This document shows positions 30,576 through 41,536 of a DNA stretch of 64,000 nucleotides, piece by piece. Where the stretch lies: positions 204,813 to 268,812 of IMG/VR virus record IMGVR_UViG_3300029288_000060; one strand, given 5' to 3'. The position numbers and the translations under genes were made by a program. Position 1 is the first letter of the stretch, and each line of letters begins with the position of its first letter. This DNA is from a virus. Taxonomy: Duplodnaviria > Caudoviricetes. The notes below the pieces were generated by a model. That model worked only from the letters and a program-made list of their open reading frames with translations, was not told the origin of the DNA and ran no database searches.

Positions 30576-31485
30576 TTCTAAAAAACACATTCAAGTTCAA
30601 AGATTAGAACCATTTTTTAATCAAAGAGATAGTTTTATCTTTAGAGATCCAAAAGATTGTGATGTTCAATTATCTTTGGTTTATTTGAGACATAAAACTA
30701 AACTTCCAATTGTATTAAGATTAGATGGTATTTATTATGATTTAGGAATTCATTATAAAAGTAAAAATCGTGAGATTTCAAAAGCATTAGTAAAGTCATC
30801 AGGAATAATATACCAAAGTAAATCTTGTATGCAGATGAGTGAAAAATTTCTTTCAAAAAGATTAACAGATAATTATGATATTGTTTATAATGGAATAGAT
30901 CCAAATTGGGCAGGATCTTTTGAAGAACATGAAGGAATTAATATAATCACTTCTGCTAAATGGAGAAGATTTAAAAGATTACCGGAAATAATAGACTTAT
31001 TTTTAACATTTAATAAAACAGTTCCAAAATCTAAGTTACATATATTTGGTAGATTACATGATAATAAGCCAGTTAGTCATCCAAATATTATTTATTATGG
31101 AATGGTTGATTTTAATAGAATGTCAAAAATATATAGAATTGGTGATATGTTTATTCATTTAGCTAAAAATGATGCTTGTCCAAAAACTGTAACAGAAGCT
31201 ATTGGGATTGGAATGCCAATTATAACTAGTCAAGCTTGTGGTGGAGCAACAGAAATGGCATTAATGGCGCATGGTTCTGTTGTATGTAAAGGAGATCCTA
31301 TAACAATAGAACCAGATTATGTATATCAAAATAAATGGAATATAATATCTGACGAATTAAAAACCAGAATTTTAAGAGCAATGACTGAAATTAGTCATGA
31401 TAAAAGAAGAGTTACATTACCAAAAGAATTACATATAGAAACTACTGCAGAAAAATACTTAAAAGTAATGGAGAAAAGTATATGA
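30559..31485 (+). CDS. GT4 glycosyltransferase
   Basis: RLDG, VYNGID, DACPKTVTEA. Confidence 0.8.
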   Translation: MKIYLDSKKHIQVQRLEPFFNQRDSFIFRDPKDCDVQLSLVYLRHKTKLPIVLRLDGIYYDLGIHYKSKNREISKALVKSSGIIYQSKSCMQMSEKFLSKRLTDNYDIVYNGIDPNWAGSFEEHEGINIITSAKWRRFKRLPEIIDLFLTFNKTVPKSKLHIFGRLHDNKPVSHPNIIYYGMVDFNRMSKIYRIGDMFIHLAKNDACPKTVTEAIGIGMPIITSQACGGATEMALMAHGSVVCKGDPITIEPDYVYQNKWNIISDELKTRILRAMTEISHDKRRVTLPKELHIETTAEKYLKVMEKSI

Positions 31486-32360
31486 AATATATTGAAAAAA
31501 ATATTGGTAAATTTAAGATGAGAATTAAATCTAAGGAAGGTGGAATACACTCTGACCTTAGAAAAATGAAAGTAGGAGTTACAAAAGAAAGAGAACCAGA
31601 ATTATTAAATACAATAAAAGAAGAAGTAAAATCTGGTTTTAATGTAATAGATTTGGGATCTAATATTGGTTATGTTACTTTATTATTATCTGATCTTGTG
31701 GGTAGAAAAGGATCTGTTTTAGCTTTAGAACCAGAACCTGAAAATTTTGAAATATTAAAGTATAATTTAGAGTTAAACAAAATAAAAAATACTACTCCTT
31801 TTAAATTAGCTATTGGAGATTACGATGGTAAAACAAATTTTTTTATTGGTAAGTCATCTAATTTATCTAGCATTATTCAATCAAAAAATTCCTCAAGTAA
31901 AAAAGTTGAAGTTCCTTGTTTGACTTTAACCTCATTTTTAAAAGGAAAAAAATATCCAAACTTCGTTAAGATGGACGTTGAGGGGGCAGAAGTAGAAATA
32001 TTTAAAGGAGCATATGAGTATTTCAAGTTAAATAACAATGGAGATTGTTTAATAGTTTTAGAAATGCACCCAATTTTTTATACTGATGCACATAGTATGG
32101 AAGTAGAATTTAAAAAGTTTTTAGATATTGGATTTAATACAAAATATGTCATTTCAGCTGGAGTTCCAATTCCGGAATTATTTAAGAAAAAAGAATACAC
32201 TCCATATAAAATATTTAGAAACAGAGGAGTTTATACAAATGTTACAAATATGGATATGTTATATTTTTCTTGTCATCAGCATATTCAAAAGGTTCCTGGA
32301 AAAAAAGATTCAACAAAAATAGTTAGATATGTAGGTTTATTTCGGGAGGGTCCTAAATAA
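31482..32360 (+). CDS. FkbM-family methyltransferase
   Basis: IDLGSNIG, ALEP, KMDVEGAE. Confidence 0.9.
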   Translation: MKYIEKNIGKFKMRIKSKEGGIHSDLRKMKVGVTKEREPELLNTIKEEVKSGFNVIDLGSNIGYVTLLLSDLVGRKGSVLALEPEPENFEILKYNLELNKIKNTTPFKLAIGDYDGKTNFFIGKSSNLSSIIQSKNSSSKKVEVPCLTLTSFLKGKKYPNFVKMDVEGAEVEIFKGAYEYFKLNNNGDCLIVLEMHPIFYTDAHSMEVEFKKFLDIGFNTKYVISAGVPIPELFKKKEYTPYKIFRNRGVYTNVTNMDMLYFSCHQHIQKVPGKKDSTKIVRYVGLFREGPK

Positions 32361-33296
32361 ATGAAAATTTTGATATTAGGACCAAATGGAATTAATAGGA
32401 AAAATTGGGGTCATCAATTATTTTTAAATACTTTTGCAAGACATCATAAATGTGTATATTGGGGGCCTGATCATATAAATTATGATTCTTCTTTGAGTAT
32501 TCCACAGGTAATTGAAAAATATGGAAAACCAGATTTAATTCTAACATATCTGGCTAAGAGATGTTATCCATTTAAAGGATTGGATAAGTTAGGAACAATT
32601 AAAAGGGCTCATATCGAAATTGATTTTTTTAATAAAACTGGTAAATACAGGGGGCAATTTGGTAGACCTGAATATGGAAAATTTTATAACGAATATAAAC
32701 CTCAAATAATTTTTGCTCCTGTAACAACAGTATTAAATGGTTTAATAGAACATAATATATGCGATAAAAATTTTTTATTACCATTTTCAGTAGATTCAAG
32801 AATATATAAACCATTGAAGTTAAAAAAAGTAATAGATGTGATGGCAGTATTCTCATCTTCAGCAAAAGCATATCCAAACAGACAAAAGATTCAAAGAATT
32901 GTTCAAAGAATGAGAGGAGTAAAAAGTGTAACAAGGAGAATATTACATTCAAACCATGTTAATATAATAAATCAATCTAAGATTATAATAACGAGTAATA
33001 ACTTATGGCAATCATTAAGTATGAGGTATACAGAAGTCTTAGCATGTCAAAGTTTTTTGTTAGCAGACAAACCAGAAGATTTTGAAAGATTCGGTTTTGT
33101 TGATGGTAATCATTTAGTTATATATAATGATTTAAATGATATGGTTGACAAAATAAAATATTATTTATCACACAATCGTGAAAGAGAAAAAATTGCTAAG
33201 AGCGGCAGAAATTTTGTTTTAAAATATCATACTACAGATGTAAGAGTAAAACAATTTACAGATATAGTCCGAAAGGAATTATTCAATGCTAAATGA
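32361..33296 (+). CDS. CgeB-like GT-B glycosyltransferase
   Basis: MRYTEVLAC, KIKYYL...REKIAKSG...HT. Confidence 0.8.
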   Translation: MKILILGPNGINRKNWGHQLFLNTFARHHKCVYWGPDHINYDSSLSIPQVIEKYGKPDLILTYLAKRCYPFKGLDKLGTIKRAHIEIDFFNKTGKYRGQFGRPEYGKFYNEYKPQIIFAPVTTVLNGLIEHNICDKNFLLPFSVDSRIYKPLKLKKVIDVMAVFSSSAKAYPNRQKIQRIVQRMRGVKSVTRRILHSNHVNIINQSKIIITSNNLWQSLSMRYTEVLACQSFLLADKPEDFERFGFVDGNHLVIYNDLNDMVDKIKYYLSHNREREKIAKSGRNFVLKYHTTDVRVKQFTDIVRKELFNAK

Positions 33297-33855
33297 AAAA
33301 TCTGAGAAGTTTTATAATTCTAATTTATTAGCGATGGAAAAAAGTGAATATAGATATCAAGAATTATATGAAACTGCGATTAAATTAATTCCATTTAATA
33401 AAAATCCAAAAATTCTTGATATTGGGTGTGGAATAGGAAGTTTTGCAAACTATATACACAATATTAATTATACTAATTATGTAGGTATTGATTTTGCGGA
33501 TGATTTATTAAACCATGCTAGAAATAGATTTCCTGAATTAAAATTTAAAAAAGGAAATTTTTTAGACTCCAAAACATTAGATAAATTTAAAAAGTTTGAT
33601 CTATTTGTTTCTTTTGAAGTACTTGAGCACATAAGAGAAGATTTAAAATTAGTTTCTGCTATTCCCAGTAAAAGAATTTTTATTTTTTCAGTTCCAAATA
33701 TAACAGGTCATGGACATGTAAGATATTTTTTAAATATTCAGTCAGTTATTGATAGATATAAAGACTTATTAATTTTTGATGAAAATAGTTTTGATATAAC
33801 GAAATTAGGAAAACCACATCACCATTTATTTTTATTTAAAACAGTGAGGAAATAA
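33286..33855 (+). CDS. class I SAM methyltransferase
   Basis: ILDIGCGIG, GIDF, EVLEHI, SVPN. Confidence 0.88.
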   Translation: MLNEKSEKFYNSNLLAMEKSEYRYQELYETAIKLIPFNKNPKILDIGCGIGSFANYIHNINYTNYVGIDFADDLLNHARNRFPELKFKKGNFLDSKTLDKFKKFDLFVSFEVLEHIREDLKLVSAIPSKRIFIFSVPNITGHGHVRYFLNIQSVIDRYKDLLIFDENSFDITKLGKPHHHLFLFKTVRK

Positions 33856-33857
33856 AA

Positions 33858-34796
33858 ATGGTTGTTACTTTTTTAAGTAGAGGAGACGCAGCGAATTTGT
33901 CATATAATCTAAGTGAAAGTTTGAAAGCAGTTGGGGTGGATTCAATAGCTTTAAAATTAAAACCCCACAAATATAAATATGATAAAGAAGCAATAGTTAC
34001 CAATTATGATACAATTAATAGAAGAGTTGCCAAATCAGATATAATAGTTTTTGTCCATAGTCAATTTTTAAAACATTTAGATAAAAAGAATTTGCGAGGT
34101 AAAAAAAAGAAATATGTAGTGCATGGTGGAAGTACATATAGAATAGATTTTAAAAAAATAAACATTTTTTTTAATAAATTTGTTGATAAAACTTTAATTC
34201 AAACTGGTGATTTATTAAATCTTGGTGGTAGGAATGAAGTTTGGATTATGGCTCCGATAGATACAGATTATATACAACCAATCAATAAGGAAATTTCAGA
34301 TAAGATTGTAATTTCACATTTTCCATCTGGAGAGTTAGTAAAGGGAAGTAATGTAATTAATAGTATTATGAATAAACTAATGTTGGATAAAACTGTTTCT
34401 GGTAAATTTATTTATAATTTTTCTGGACAAAGAGTTCCTTGGAAAAAAAATTTAGAAAGAATGGCGGAATGTGATATTTACTTAGAAGCTTGTCAACCAA
34501 CATTAAAAAAACGAAGATATGGGGAATTTGGAATTGCAGGTCTTGAAGCAGCAGCGCAAGGAAAAATTTTAATAACACATTTTAGAAGTTCTGATAGATA
34601 TAAACAAGAGTTTGGAGAACATCCAATTCAAGTGGTTAATACTCCAGAAGAAATAGAACAAACTATTAGAAGATTACTTTTATTAAGTAAGGACGAATTA
34701 GTGGATTTACAAAATAAAACAAGAGATTGGGTTGTAAAATACCATAGTTTTAAGTCAATGGGTGAAAGACTAAAAAAAGTTTTTGATATAAAATAG
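33858..34796 (+). CDS. GT-B glycosyltransferase
   Basis: ISHFPS..VKGS, GEFGIAGLEAAAQG. Confidence 0.75.
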   Translation: MVVTFLSRGDAANLSYNLSESLKAVGVDSIALKLKPHKYKYDKEAIVTNYDTINRRVAKSDIIVFVHSQFLKHLDKKNLRGKKKKYVVHGGSTYRIDFKKINIFFNKFVDKTLIQTGDLLNLGGRNEVWIMAPIDTDYIQPINKEISDKIVISHFPSGELVKGSNVINSIMNKLMLDKTVSGKFIYNFSGQRVPWKKNLERMAECDIYLEACQPTLKKRRYGEFGIAGLEAAAQGKILITHFRSSDRYKQEFGEHPIQVVNTPEEIEQTIRRLLLLSKDELVDLQNKTRDWVVKYHSFKSMGERLKKVFDIK

Positions 34797-34803
34797 GAGG
34801 AAA

Positions 34804-35598
34804 ATGAAAGCTAGTATCTTAATGTCTACTTATAATAAAAATGAATGTTTATCAAATACATTATATTCTATATCTAAACAAAAAACTTCTTTTCCTTTTG
34901 AAGTATGTATTGCTGATGATGGTTCGAAAATAGATCCAGAACCAATTATTCGAAAGTTTTTGCCAGATGCTAAATATAAAAAATATGAACATATTGGATT
35001 TGAATTTATTTTATCTAAAGGTTTAACAGACTTAGTTGACCCTACATCTGATATTGTAATTATTCAGTCATGTGATGTATTATATTCACAACCTTTTATT
35101 GTTGAAGAAATATGTAAAAGTGTAAAACCAAATAGTATTTCTATGGCGGAAGTAAAATGCTTACCAATCAAACCTGATATGTTTGAGAATTTTGATAATA
35201 ATATTAATTATTATCTAAATAATTGGGAAATATTAAAAGGTAAGTATTATTCGGGTTCTAGAAGAGAACCAAATAATGAATTGATACCAAAACATATGAG
35301 AAATAAAAAAATAGATCGAAAAAAATATATAGATTATTATTTTTTCTTAGGTGCTATGTTTAAAAAAGATTTATATCGTTATGTACATTATGATATTTGT
35401 GATTGTGATTGTGTAGTAAATTATAATTTAAAATTTCACAAGATAAAACCAATTTACATGGATAATTTAAAAGGGATTCACCAACTTCATAAAAGAAATA
35501 AATATCCCGGATGTTCTTTATTAAATACATGTAAAGTTGTATGTAGGAGAAAGATGGCAGAAAGACCTGAAGGTAATAAAGGTATGGTCAGGCTTTAA
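34804..35598 (+). CDS. GT2 glycosyltransferase
   Basis: SILMSTYN, IADDGS, HQLH. Confidence 0.8.
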   Translation: MKASILMSTYNKNECLSNTLYSISKQKTSFPFEVCIADDGSKIDPEPIIRKFLPDAKYKKYEHIGFEFILSKGLTDLVDPTSDIVIIQSCDVLYSQPFIVEEICKSVKPNSISMAEVKCLPIKPDMFENFDNNINYYLNNWEILKGKYYSGSRREPNNELIPKHMRNKKIDRKKYIDYYFFLGAMFKKDLYRYVHYDICDCDCVVNYNLKFHKIKPIYMDNLKGIHQLHKRNKYPGCSLLNTCKVVCRRKMAERPEGNKGMVRL

Positions 35599-35613
35599 TA
35601 TTAAGGAGATAAA

Positions 35614-36228
35614 ATGGGGAAAATAAGATCAAAACAAAGAATAGATCCAGTATTATCAAAAGACGGTTCTGTAAAAATAACTGAAAAACAAGGTGGTAGA
35701 GTTACAGTTGGTGAAGGAACATACATGAATAGTGGACTCTTATATGCTGGTGGAGATAATATAACAATCGGGAAATTTTGTAGAATTGGATATGAAGTGT
35801 TTATGTTGACCAATTATGGAAGTAATTTATTATTAGCGGATGATAAAAAAAGAAGATCTGGGGGTATTATTATTGGAGATAGTGTTCATATAGGTTGGAA
35901 AGTTTTAATTAGAGGTGGTGTAACAATAGGTGACTGGGCGATAGTTGGAATGGGAGCAGTGGTATTAAAAAATGTAGAACCATTTCATATGGTTGGAGGA
36001 AATCCAGCAAGAGATTTAGGTTTAAGACCAGATACTGATAAAATTATCAGATTAATTAAAAAGAGATGCGGAAATATTGATGGTACTCCAGCTGAAGTAA
36101 TTGCAAAAGTTAAAAAACAAGGTTATAGCATAGCGGAAAAAAGTTTTCATCCTGATAAGGGAGCTAGATTGTATATTGCTCCAAAGGGAAAGATTTTACA
36201 ATATACAGAAGAATTTCTTGTTGAATAG
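35614..36228 (+). CDS. LbH acetyltransferase
   Basis: ITIGKFCRIG, GVTIGDWAIVG, GNPAR. Confidence 0.85.
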   Translation: MGKIRSKQRIDPVLSKDGSVKITEKQGGRVTVGEGTYMNSGLLYAGGDNITIGKFCRIGYEVFMLTNYGSNLLLADDKKRRSGGIIIGDSVHIGWKVLIRGGVTIGDWAIVGMGAVVLKNVEPFHMVGGNPARDLGLRPDTDKIIRLIKKRCGNIDGTPAEVIAKVKKQGYSIAEKSFHPDKGARLYIAPKGKILQYTEEFLVE

Positions 36229-36235
36229 GTGAAAT

Positions 36236-37492
36236 ATGAATATAGCTTTTATTTATATGAATAGTGAAAATAATGTAGGTAGGGGCGCTGGATATGTAGC
36301 AGGGTCAATAATTTCATCTGGTCATAATATAGATTTTTTTGAATCAAGATCAAATAAGGATGATAGAATAACAAATAAAATAATTGATAATAATTATGAT
36401 ATTCTAATGATCTCAAGTATGTCTTTATTGTTTCCTTCTGCATTGAAAATAATAAGAAGTGTTAAATCAAAAAAAGAAATTCCTGTATTAGTGGGCGGTA
36501 TTCATGCTACAACTTTGAAAAAGAAAATATTACAAGAAAATCCATTGATTGATTATTTATGTATAGGTGAGGGAGAATCAATGGTTGTTGAATTTTTAGA
36601 TAAGTTTGGTAAAGATGATTTTTATTCAATTCAAAATTTAGCTTATAGATTAAATGATCAAGTAATAGAAAATCCAGTTCGAGAACCAGAGGACTTATCA
36701 AAGATACCAACCTTTCCATGGAAACTTTTTAATAGTAAAACTGTTGTCAAAAAAAGTGGTATGTTATATGTATCAGCAACTAGAGGTTGTCCATTTAGGT
36801 GTACATATTGTTGTAATAATGTGTATCTAGATTTATACAAAAAAAATTATATTCGTCATAGACCTGTAAATAAAGTAATTGATGAATTATTATATCTAAA
36901 GAAAAAGTATAATCCCAGAATTTTTTATTTTGGGGATGAAATGATTTTTTCTGACGAAAAATATGTAAAAGAATTATTTAAAGAAATACATAAAATAGTT
37001 AAATTACCTTATGGAAGTATGGGAAGAGTTGAAAATATAAACAACGAAATTACAGATATGTTAAAAAATACTGGATGTAAATATTTAGCTATGGGAGTTG
37101 AATGCGGAGATGAAAAGTTCAGAAAAGAATTTTTAAATAGACATATGAGCAACGAAAAAATAAAAGAAGCATTTTCTTTATGTAGAAAAAAAGATATTTT
37201 TACAACAGCCTTTAATATAATTGGTTATCCAGTAGATTATGATGATGAATTAACAAAAAAGACTGTTGAATTTAATAAAGAAATTAAACCTAATTTTTCT
37301 CAAGTAACGATTTTTTATCCATTTGAAGGAACAAAATTATATGACTATTGCATAGAAAATAATCTAATTGATCCAGCAAAGCATGTAACTAGATATTATA
37401 GTGATTCAATTTTGAAAGGAAAAAATTTAATATCAAAATTAGAAGAGGTAAATAAAGTTTTAAATAGTAATAACAAAAAATTTAAAATTTAA
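36236..37492 (+). CDS. B12-binding radical SAM enzyme (class B methylase-like)
   Basis: GGIHAT, CIGEGE, TRGCPFRCTYC, MGVECG, IIGYP. Confidence 0.92.
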   Translation: MNIAFIYMNSENNVGRGAGYVAGSIISSGHNIDFFESRSNKDDRITNKIIDNNYDILMISSMSLLFPSALKIIRSVKSKKEIPVLVGGIHATTLKKKILQENPLIDYLCIGEGESMVVEFLDKFGKDDFYSIQNLAYRLNDQVIENPVREPEDLSKIPTFPWKLFNSKTVVKKSGMLYVSATRGCPFRCTYCCNNVYLDLYKKNYIRHRPVNKVIDELLYLKKKYNPRIFYFGDEMIFSDEKYVKELFKEIHKIVKLPYGSMGRVENINNEITDMLKNTGCKYLAMGVECGDEKFRKEFLNRHMSNEKIKEAFSLCRKKDIFTTAFNIIGYPVDYDDELTKKTVEFNKEIKPNFSQVTIFYPFEGTKLYDYCIENNLIDPAKHVTRYYSDSILKGKNLISKLEEVNKVLNSNNKKFKI

Positions 37493-37504
37493 AGGTGATA
37501 ATAA

Positions 37505-38137
37505 ATGTCAATAAAAGAAGAAAAAATACTAAGAGTGTGTAATTATGCAAAAGATCCAACTAAATCATATGGAGGCAAATCATTTTATACTGGATATCAT
37601 GATATAAAACTTGGTGGAACTGTATATAAAGGTCAAAGAAGTAATTCTGTTAGGTTATCAAATATTAAATACGATTTTAAAGATAAAGTTGTTTTTGATA
37701 TTGGATGTAATAGCGGTGGTGTATTACACGAGTTAGCACCTATAATTAAATATGGAGTGGGTGTTGATAGCAATTCAAATTATATAAATGTTGCTAATAT
37801 TATTAAAGATTATAATCAAACAAATAATATAAATTTTTATACATTTAATTTAGATAAACAAAATATTCCTAATTTAAGTGATTTTATTTTACAAGATAAA
37901 GTTGATGTGTGTTTTTTTCTATCTATGGCAAAATGGGTAAAAAAATGGGTTGAAGTAGTTAGATATTGTTCCACAATATGTAATGTCATATTATTTGAAA
38001 CAAATGGAAATCGAAAAGAACAAAATACTCAAGAAAAAGTAGTAAGACAATATTATCCAAACACAACAATAATTTATAAACAATCATTAGATGATGTAAG
38101 TCAACATGATAGAAGATTATTAATGGGAATAAAATAA
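37505..38137 (+). CDS. class I SAM methyltransferase
   Basis: VFDIGCNSG, GVD, LFET. Confidence 0.82.
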   Translation: MSIKEEKILRVCNYAKDPTKSYGGKSFYTGYHDIKLGGTVYKGQRSNSVRLSNIKYDFKDKVVFDIGCNSGGVLHELAPIIKYGVGVDSNSNYINVANIIKDYNQTNNINFYTFNLDKQNIPNLSDFILQDKVDVCFFLSMAKWVKKWVEVVRYCSTICNVILFETNGNRKEQNTQEKVVRQYYPNTTIIYKQSLDDVSQHDRRLLMGIK

Positions 38138-38140
38138 CAT

Positions 38141-38653
38141 ATGCCAAACAATACTTCAAAAATCTATTATCTAGATAATTCTTTCCAATTAACTGCTATA
38201 AATAAAGCAGTTTATGTTAAAAAAGTAATTAAAAGAAATAAGAGACAATATGACTTTATAAATAAAGAAGTTAAATGGTTAAAGAAATTAGAAGAATTTG
38301 ATAGGGTTCCTGATATAATAAAGTTTGATGATATATCAATTACAATGACTTTTAAAGGAATACCTATTAATAGTAAAAATATACCACCTGACTGGAAAAG
38401 TCAATGTAAACTTATAGTAGATAATTTACTTAAATATGGGGTTAGTCATAATGATATTCAAAGAGGAGAAATTTTAATTCTAGACAAAAAAATAAATTTG
38501 ATTGATTTTCAACATGCTACAAATACAAGAAAAGAGTTTGAAGAATTAAGAAACCAAGGAAAAACAACTTGTGGTTCTTGGATAAAAGATGATTTAACTC
38601 AGTTGTTGAGCGAAGTTCATAGAATTCTAAAGGGAGGAATTACAAAAAAATGA
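38141..38653 (+). CDS. protein-kinase-like (RIO/Kdo/WaaP-type) small-molecule kinase
   Basis: YVKK, EVKWL, HNDI...IL, LIDF. Confidence 0.75.
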   Translation: MPNNTSKIYYLDNSFQLTAINKAVYVKKVIKRNKRQYDFINKEVKWLKKLEEFDRVPDIIKFDDISITMTFKGIPINSKNIPPDWKSQCKLIVDNLLKYGVSHNDIQRGEILILDKKINLIDFQHATNTRKEFEELRNQGKTTCGSWIKDDLTQLLSEVHRILKGGITKK

Positions 38654-39570
38654 AGATTCTAATAACAGGTGGTGCTGGTTTTATTGGTTCCAATTTAGCT
38701 GATAAGTTTATTGAGAGAGGAGATAAAGTTTTTATAATTGATAATTTACTTACTGGAAGATTGGATAATGTAAATGATAAAGCAATATTTTTTAAAGAAA
38801 CTATAGCAAATCAAAAAGAATTTAGATCTTTTTTTATAGAGGCAGAACCGGATGTTGTGATACATGCTGCAGCATCATATAAAGAACCAGATTTGTGGGA
38901 ATTTGATGTTCAAAATAATATTCTTGGTACTATAAACGTAATTAGAAATTGTGAAGAATTTAAAGTAAAAAGATTGATTTATTTTGAAACATCTTTATGC
39001 TATGGTAATAGTCCAATAGAACAACCAATAACATTAACCCATCCAATAAATCCTACTAATACTAGTTATGCAATAACAAAAACTGCAGCAGAATTATTTA
39101 TCTTTTCAAGTAATTTAAATTACGTAACTTTTAGGTTAGCAAATTGTTATGGTCCTAGAAATACTGCTGGAGCAGTTCCTAGTTTTTACATTAGATTAAA
39201 ACAGGATATTCCTTGTTTTGCATATGATACTAGAAGAGATTTTATCTTCATTGATGATTTAATGAACGTTGTTATTAAAGCAGCTGATGGAATTGGTAAA
39301 GGAACTTATCATATATCTACAGGAAAAGATTATGCAATAAAAGAAGTTTATGATATAGTTGCAAAATGTTTAGGAATTAATAAAGAAGCTGAGTTAAAAC
39401 CAATATTACCAGATGATGTTTTTAGCATATTATTAGATCCATCAAAGACCATAGATACTTTTAAAGTTGAACCTAAAACTCCATTAGAAGAAGGAATAGA
39501 AAAAGCTGTAAAATGGTATGAATCTGTAAATTTATCTGAATTTTTTACCCATTTAAGAATATCAAAATAG
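38650..39570 (+). CDS. extended SDR nucleotide-sugar epimerase/reductase, WbmG/WbmH-like
   Basis: GGAGFIG, HAAASYKEPDLW, FETSLCYG, SYAITK, RLAN.YGPR; recalled similarity to Bordetella WbmG/H. Confidence 0.85.
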   Translation: MKILITGGAGFIGSNLADKFIERGDKVFIIDNLLTGRLDNVNDKAIFFKETIANQKEFRSFFIEAEPDVVIHAAASYKEPDLWEFDVQNNILGTINVIRNCEEFKVKRLIYFETSLCYGNSPIEQPITLTHPINPTNTSYAITKTAAELFIFSSNLNYVTFRLANCYGPRNTAGAVPSFYIRLKQDIPCFAYDTRRDFIFIDDLMNVVIKAADGIGKGTYHISTGKDYAIKEVYDIVAKCLGINKEAELKPILPDDVFSILLDPSKTIDTFKVEPKTPLEEGIEKAVKWYESVNLSEFFTHLRISK

Positions 39571-39581
39571 AGGAGAATTGC

Positions 39582-40271
39582 ATGTTTACTAAAGAACCAA
39601 AGAGAATTGTTAATGGGATTTATGATTATATTGGTGAAGATAAAAACGAATATGTAGATATTTATGAAAAAATATGGTCAACTTTTAATGAAGGTCCAAG
39701 TCTTGAGACTCAAACTATATCTAATTGTTGTGAAATATTAATTAACAATTATCAACCAGAAAATAAAGATAAGAAATTAATTGATATTGGATGTGGGTTT
39801 GGTTATGTTATAAATCATATTCCTCTTGCAAATATAGTTGCAGTTGATATTTCAATGAGTCAATTAGAAAAATTAAAAGATTATGGTTATAAAAGGATTA
39901 GAACATTTTCAGAGGATATTCCTATAGAGGATTCATATTTTGATATTATTATTTGTACTGATGTTTTTGAACATGTAGAAAATGTAGATAAATTAAGTGA
40001 TGAATTACATAGATTAATAAAACCTGGCGGAATGTTATTATTTGCAACTCCTTGGGAACAAGATTTATCAGTATACCATACAAAAGAATATAGAGAAAAA
40101 TTTATGAAATTTAATTTTATTCCACATTTAAGATCTGTAAACAATAAAACCATTGAAAAATATTTTGAAGGGTTTGATATAGTTTCGTCTACTTTTATAA
40201 CTGTTCATATGAAAGAAATGACTATTAAACCATATCCAATAATATTTATTCAATTTATAAGGAAAGATTGA
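39582..40271 (+). CDS. class I SAM methyltransferase
   Basis: LIDIGCGFG, DVFEHV, IKPGG. Confidence 0.9.
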   Translation: MFTKEPKRIVNGIYDYIGEDKNEYVDIYEKIWSTFNEGPSLETQTISNCCEILINNYQPENKDKKLIDIGCGFGYVINHIPLANIVAVDISMSQLEKLKDYGYKRIRTFSEDIPIEDSYFDIIICTDVFEHVENVDKLSDELHRLIKPGGMLLFATPWEQDLSVYHTKEYREKFMKFNFIPHLRSVNNKTIEKYFEGFDIVSSTFITVHMKEMTIKPYPIIFIQFIRKD

Positions 40272-41515
40272 TGAAATTATTATATAATTATAAAGATAAA
40301 GTTTTTAGTTGTTTACAAGATATTATAGACAATAATAAATTAGAAATTGACTTCGAAAGCATATGTGAAGAGTTAATACCTTTTCAAGCTTTCATAACCG
40401 GGAGAACTTTCTTTAAGGGTGTAAGTATAGAACCAAGTTTTAAATATCAACCAGATAAACAAGATAATGATATTATTTTTAACAATGTTTTTTTTAGTAA
40501 TGGAGTTGATAGTTATCTAAAAGAAAATAATTATAGCAATTTAAAAAACCCAATAGCGACAGTTTCGGGTGGAATAGATTCATCAGTTGTTGCTATGGAA
40601 TTAAAACCAAAAATAATATACTCTGGTTATTATGACGATGATGAATTTTTCGATGAAACTCCATATTCTAAATCTGTTGCAAAGGCAATAAATGTAAAAC
40701 ATTTATTATTTAAATTGACTGAGGATGATTTTTTAAATAATTTATATGAATACATAAAAATGTCTGGTTCTCCAATTGTTGGTTTGGGTGCTATTATGGA
40801 ATTCACATTATTAAAAAAGATTTTATATGAAGAGAAAATAGATACTGATTGTATTTTATTTGGTAATGGTGGCGATGAAATTTTTATGGGATATTATTTT
40901 AACTATTTTGTTAAGGATTTTTGGGAATATGGGCATGAAAAAATAGAAAAATATATGTCTAATTTTTTACCAACTAAAATCTCTATAACAGAAAAAGTTA
41001 TTGATTTTATGTTAATAGCGTCTTTAACTAGGTCATCAATTGATAGTTTATATTCACCATTTGTTATTAATAATTTTTTACCAAGAATTCAACAAATTGA
41101 GACGCTTTTAGATAAACTTTTGTTTATCAACATTAATTATACATTACCTACTTTATTGAATATGTATTCTCAATTTAGCAATTATTTTGGTATTAAATGT
41201 TTAAATCCACTAGCGAATGATCTATTTATTAATTCTGCTAGAAAAATTAATGAACCAATGACAGAAATACCAAAAAATAAATTAAGAGAAATTCATAAAG
41301 AATTACCAGACAAAGTAAGGAAAAATTACCTTAAGAGAGGATTTCCAATTCCTATTCATAATTGGAAAAAGTTGGAAAATATAATGAAAGAACCTTATGA
41401 TTCTTTTTTTAATAGAAAAAATGTAACTCTTGAAAAGCGATTATTTGATGGAATAAATAGATTTACTTGGGGAGTTTTTCAAGCAGAATTATTTTTAAGA
41501 AGTATGGGAAAATAA
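40268..41515 (+). CDS. asparagine-synthase-like amidoligase (synthetase domain)
   Basis: SGGIDSS PP-loop, GNGGDEIFMGY, KRGFPIP; no N-terminal Cys glutaminase domain. Confidence 0.8.
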   Translation: MMKLLYNYKDKVFSCLQDIIDNNKLEIDFESICEELIPFQAFITGRTFFKGVSIEPSFKYQPDKQDNDIIFNNVFFSNGVDSYLKENNYSNLKNPIATVSGGIDSSVVAMELKPKIIYSGYYDDDEFFDETPYSKSVAKAINVKHLLFKLTEDDFLNNLYEYIKMSGSPIVGLGAIMEFTLLKKILYEEKIDTDCILFGNGGDEIFMGYYFNYFVKDFWEYGHEKIEKYMSNFLPTKISITEKVIDFMLIASLTRSSIDSLYSPFVINNFLPRIQQIETLLDKLLFININYTLPTLLNMYSQFSNYFGIKCLNPLANDLFINSARKINEPMTEIPKNKLREIHKELPDKVRKNYLKRGFPIPIHNWKKLENIMKEPYDSFFNRKNVTLEKRLFDGINRFTWGVFQAELFLRSMGK

Positions 41516-41536
41516 CTAAAAGGAGAATATTGTAAC

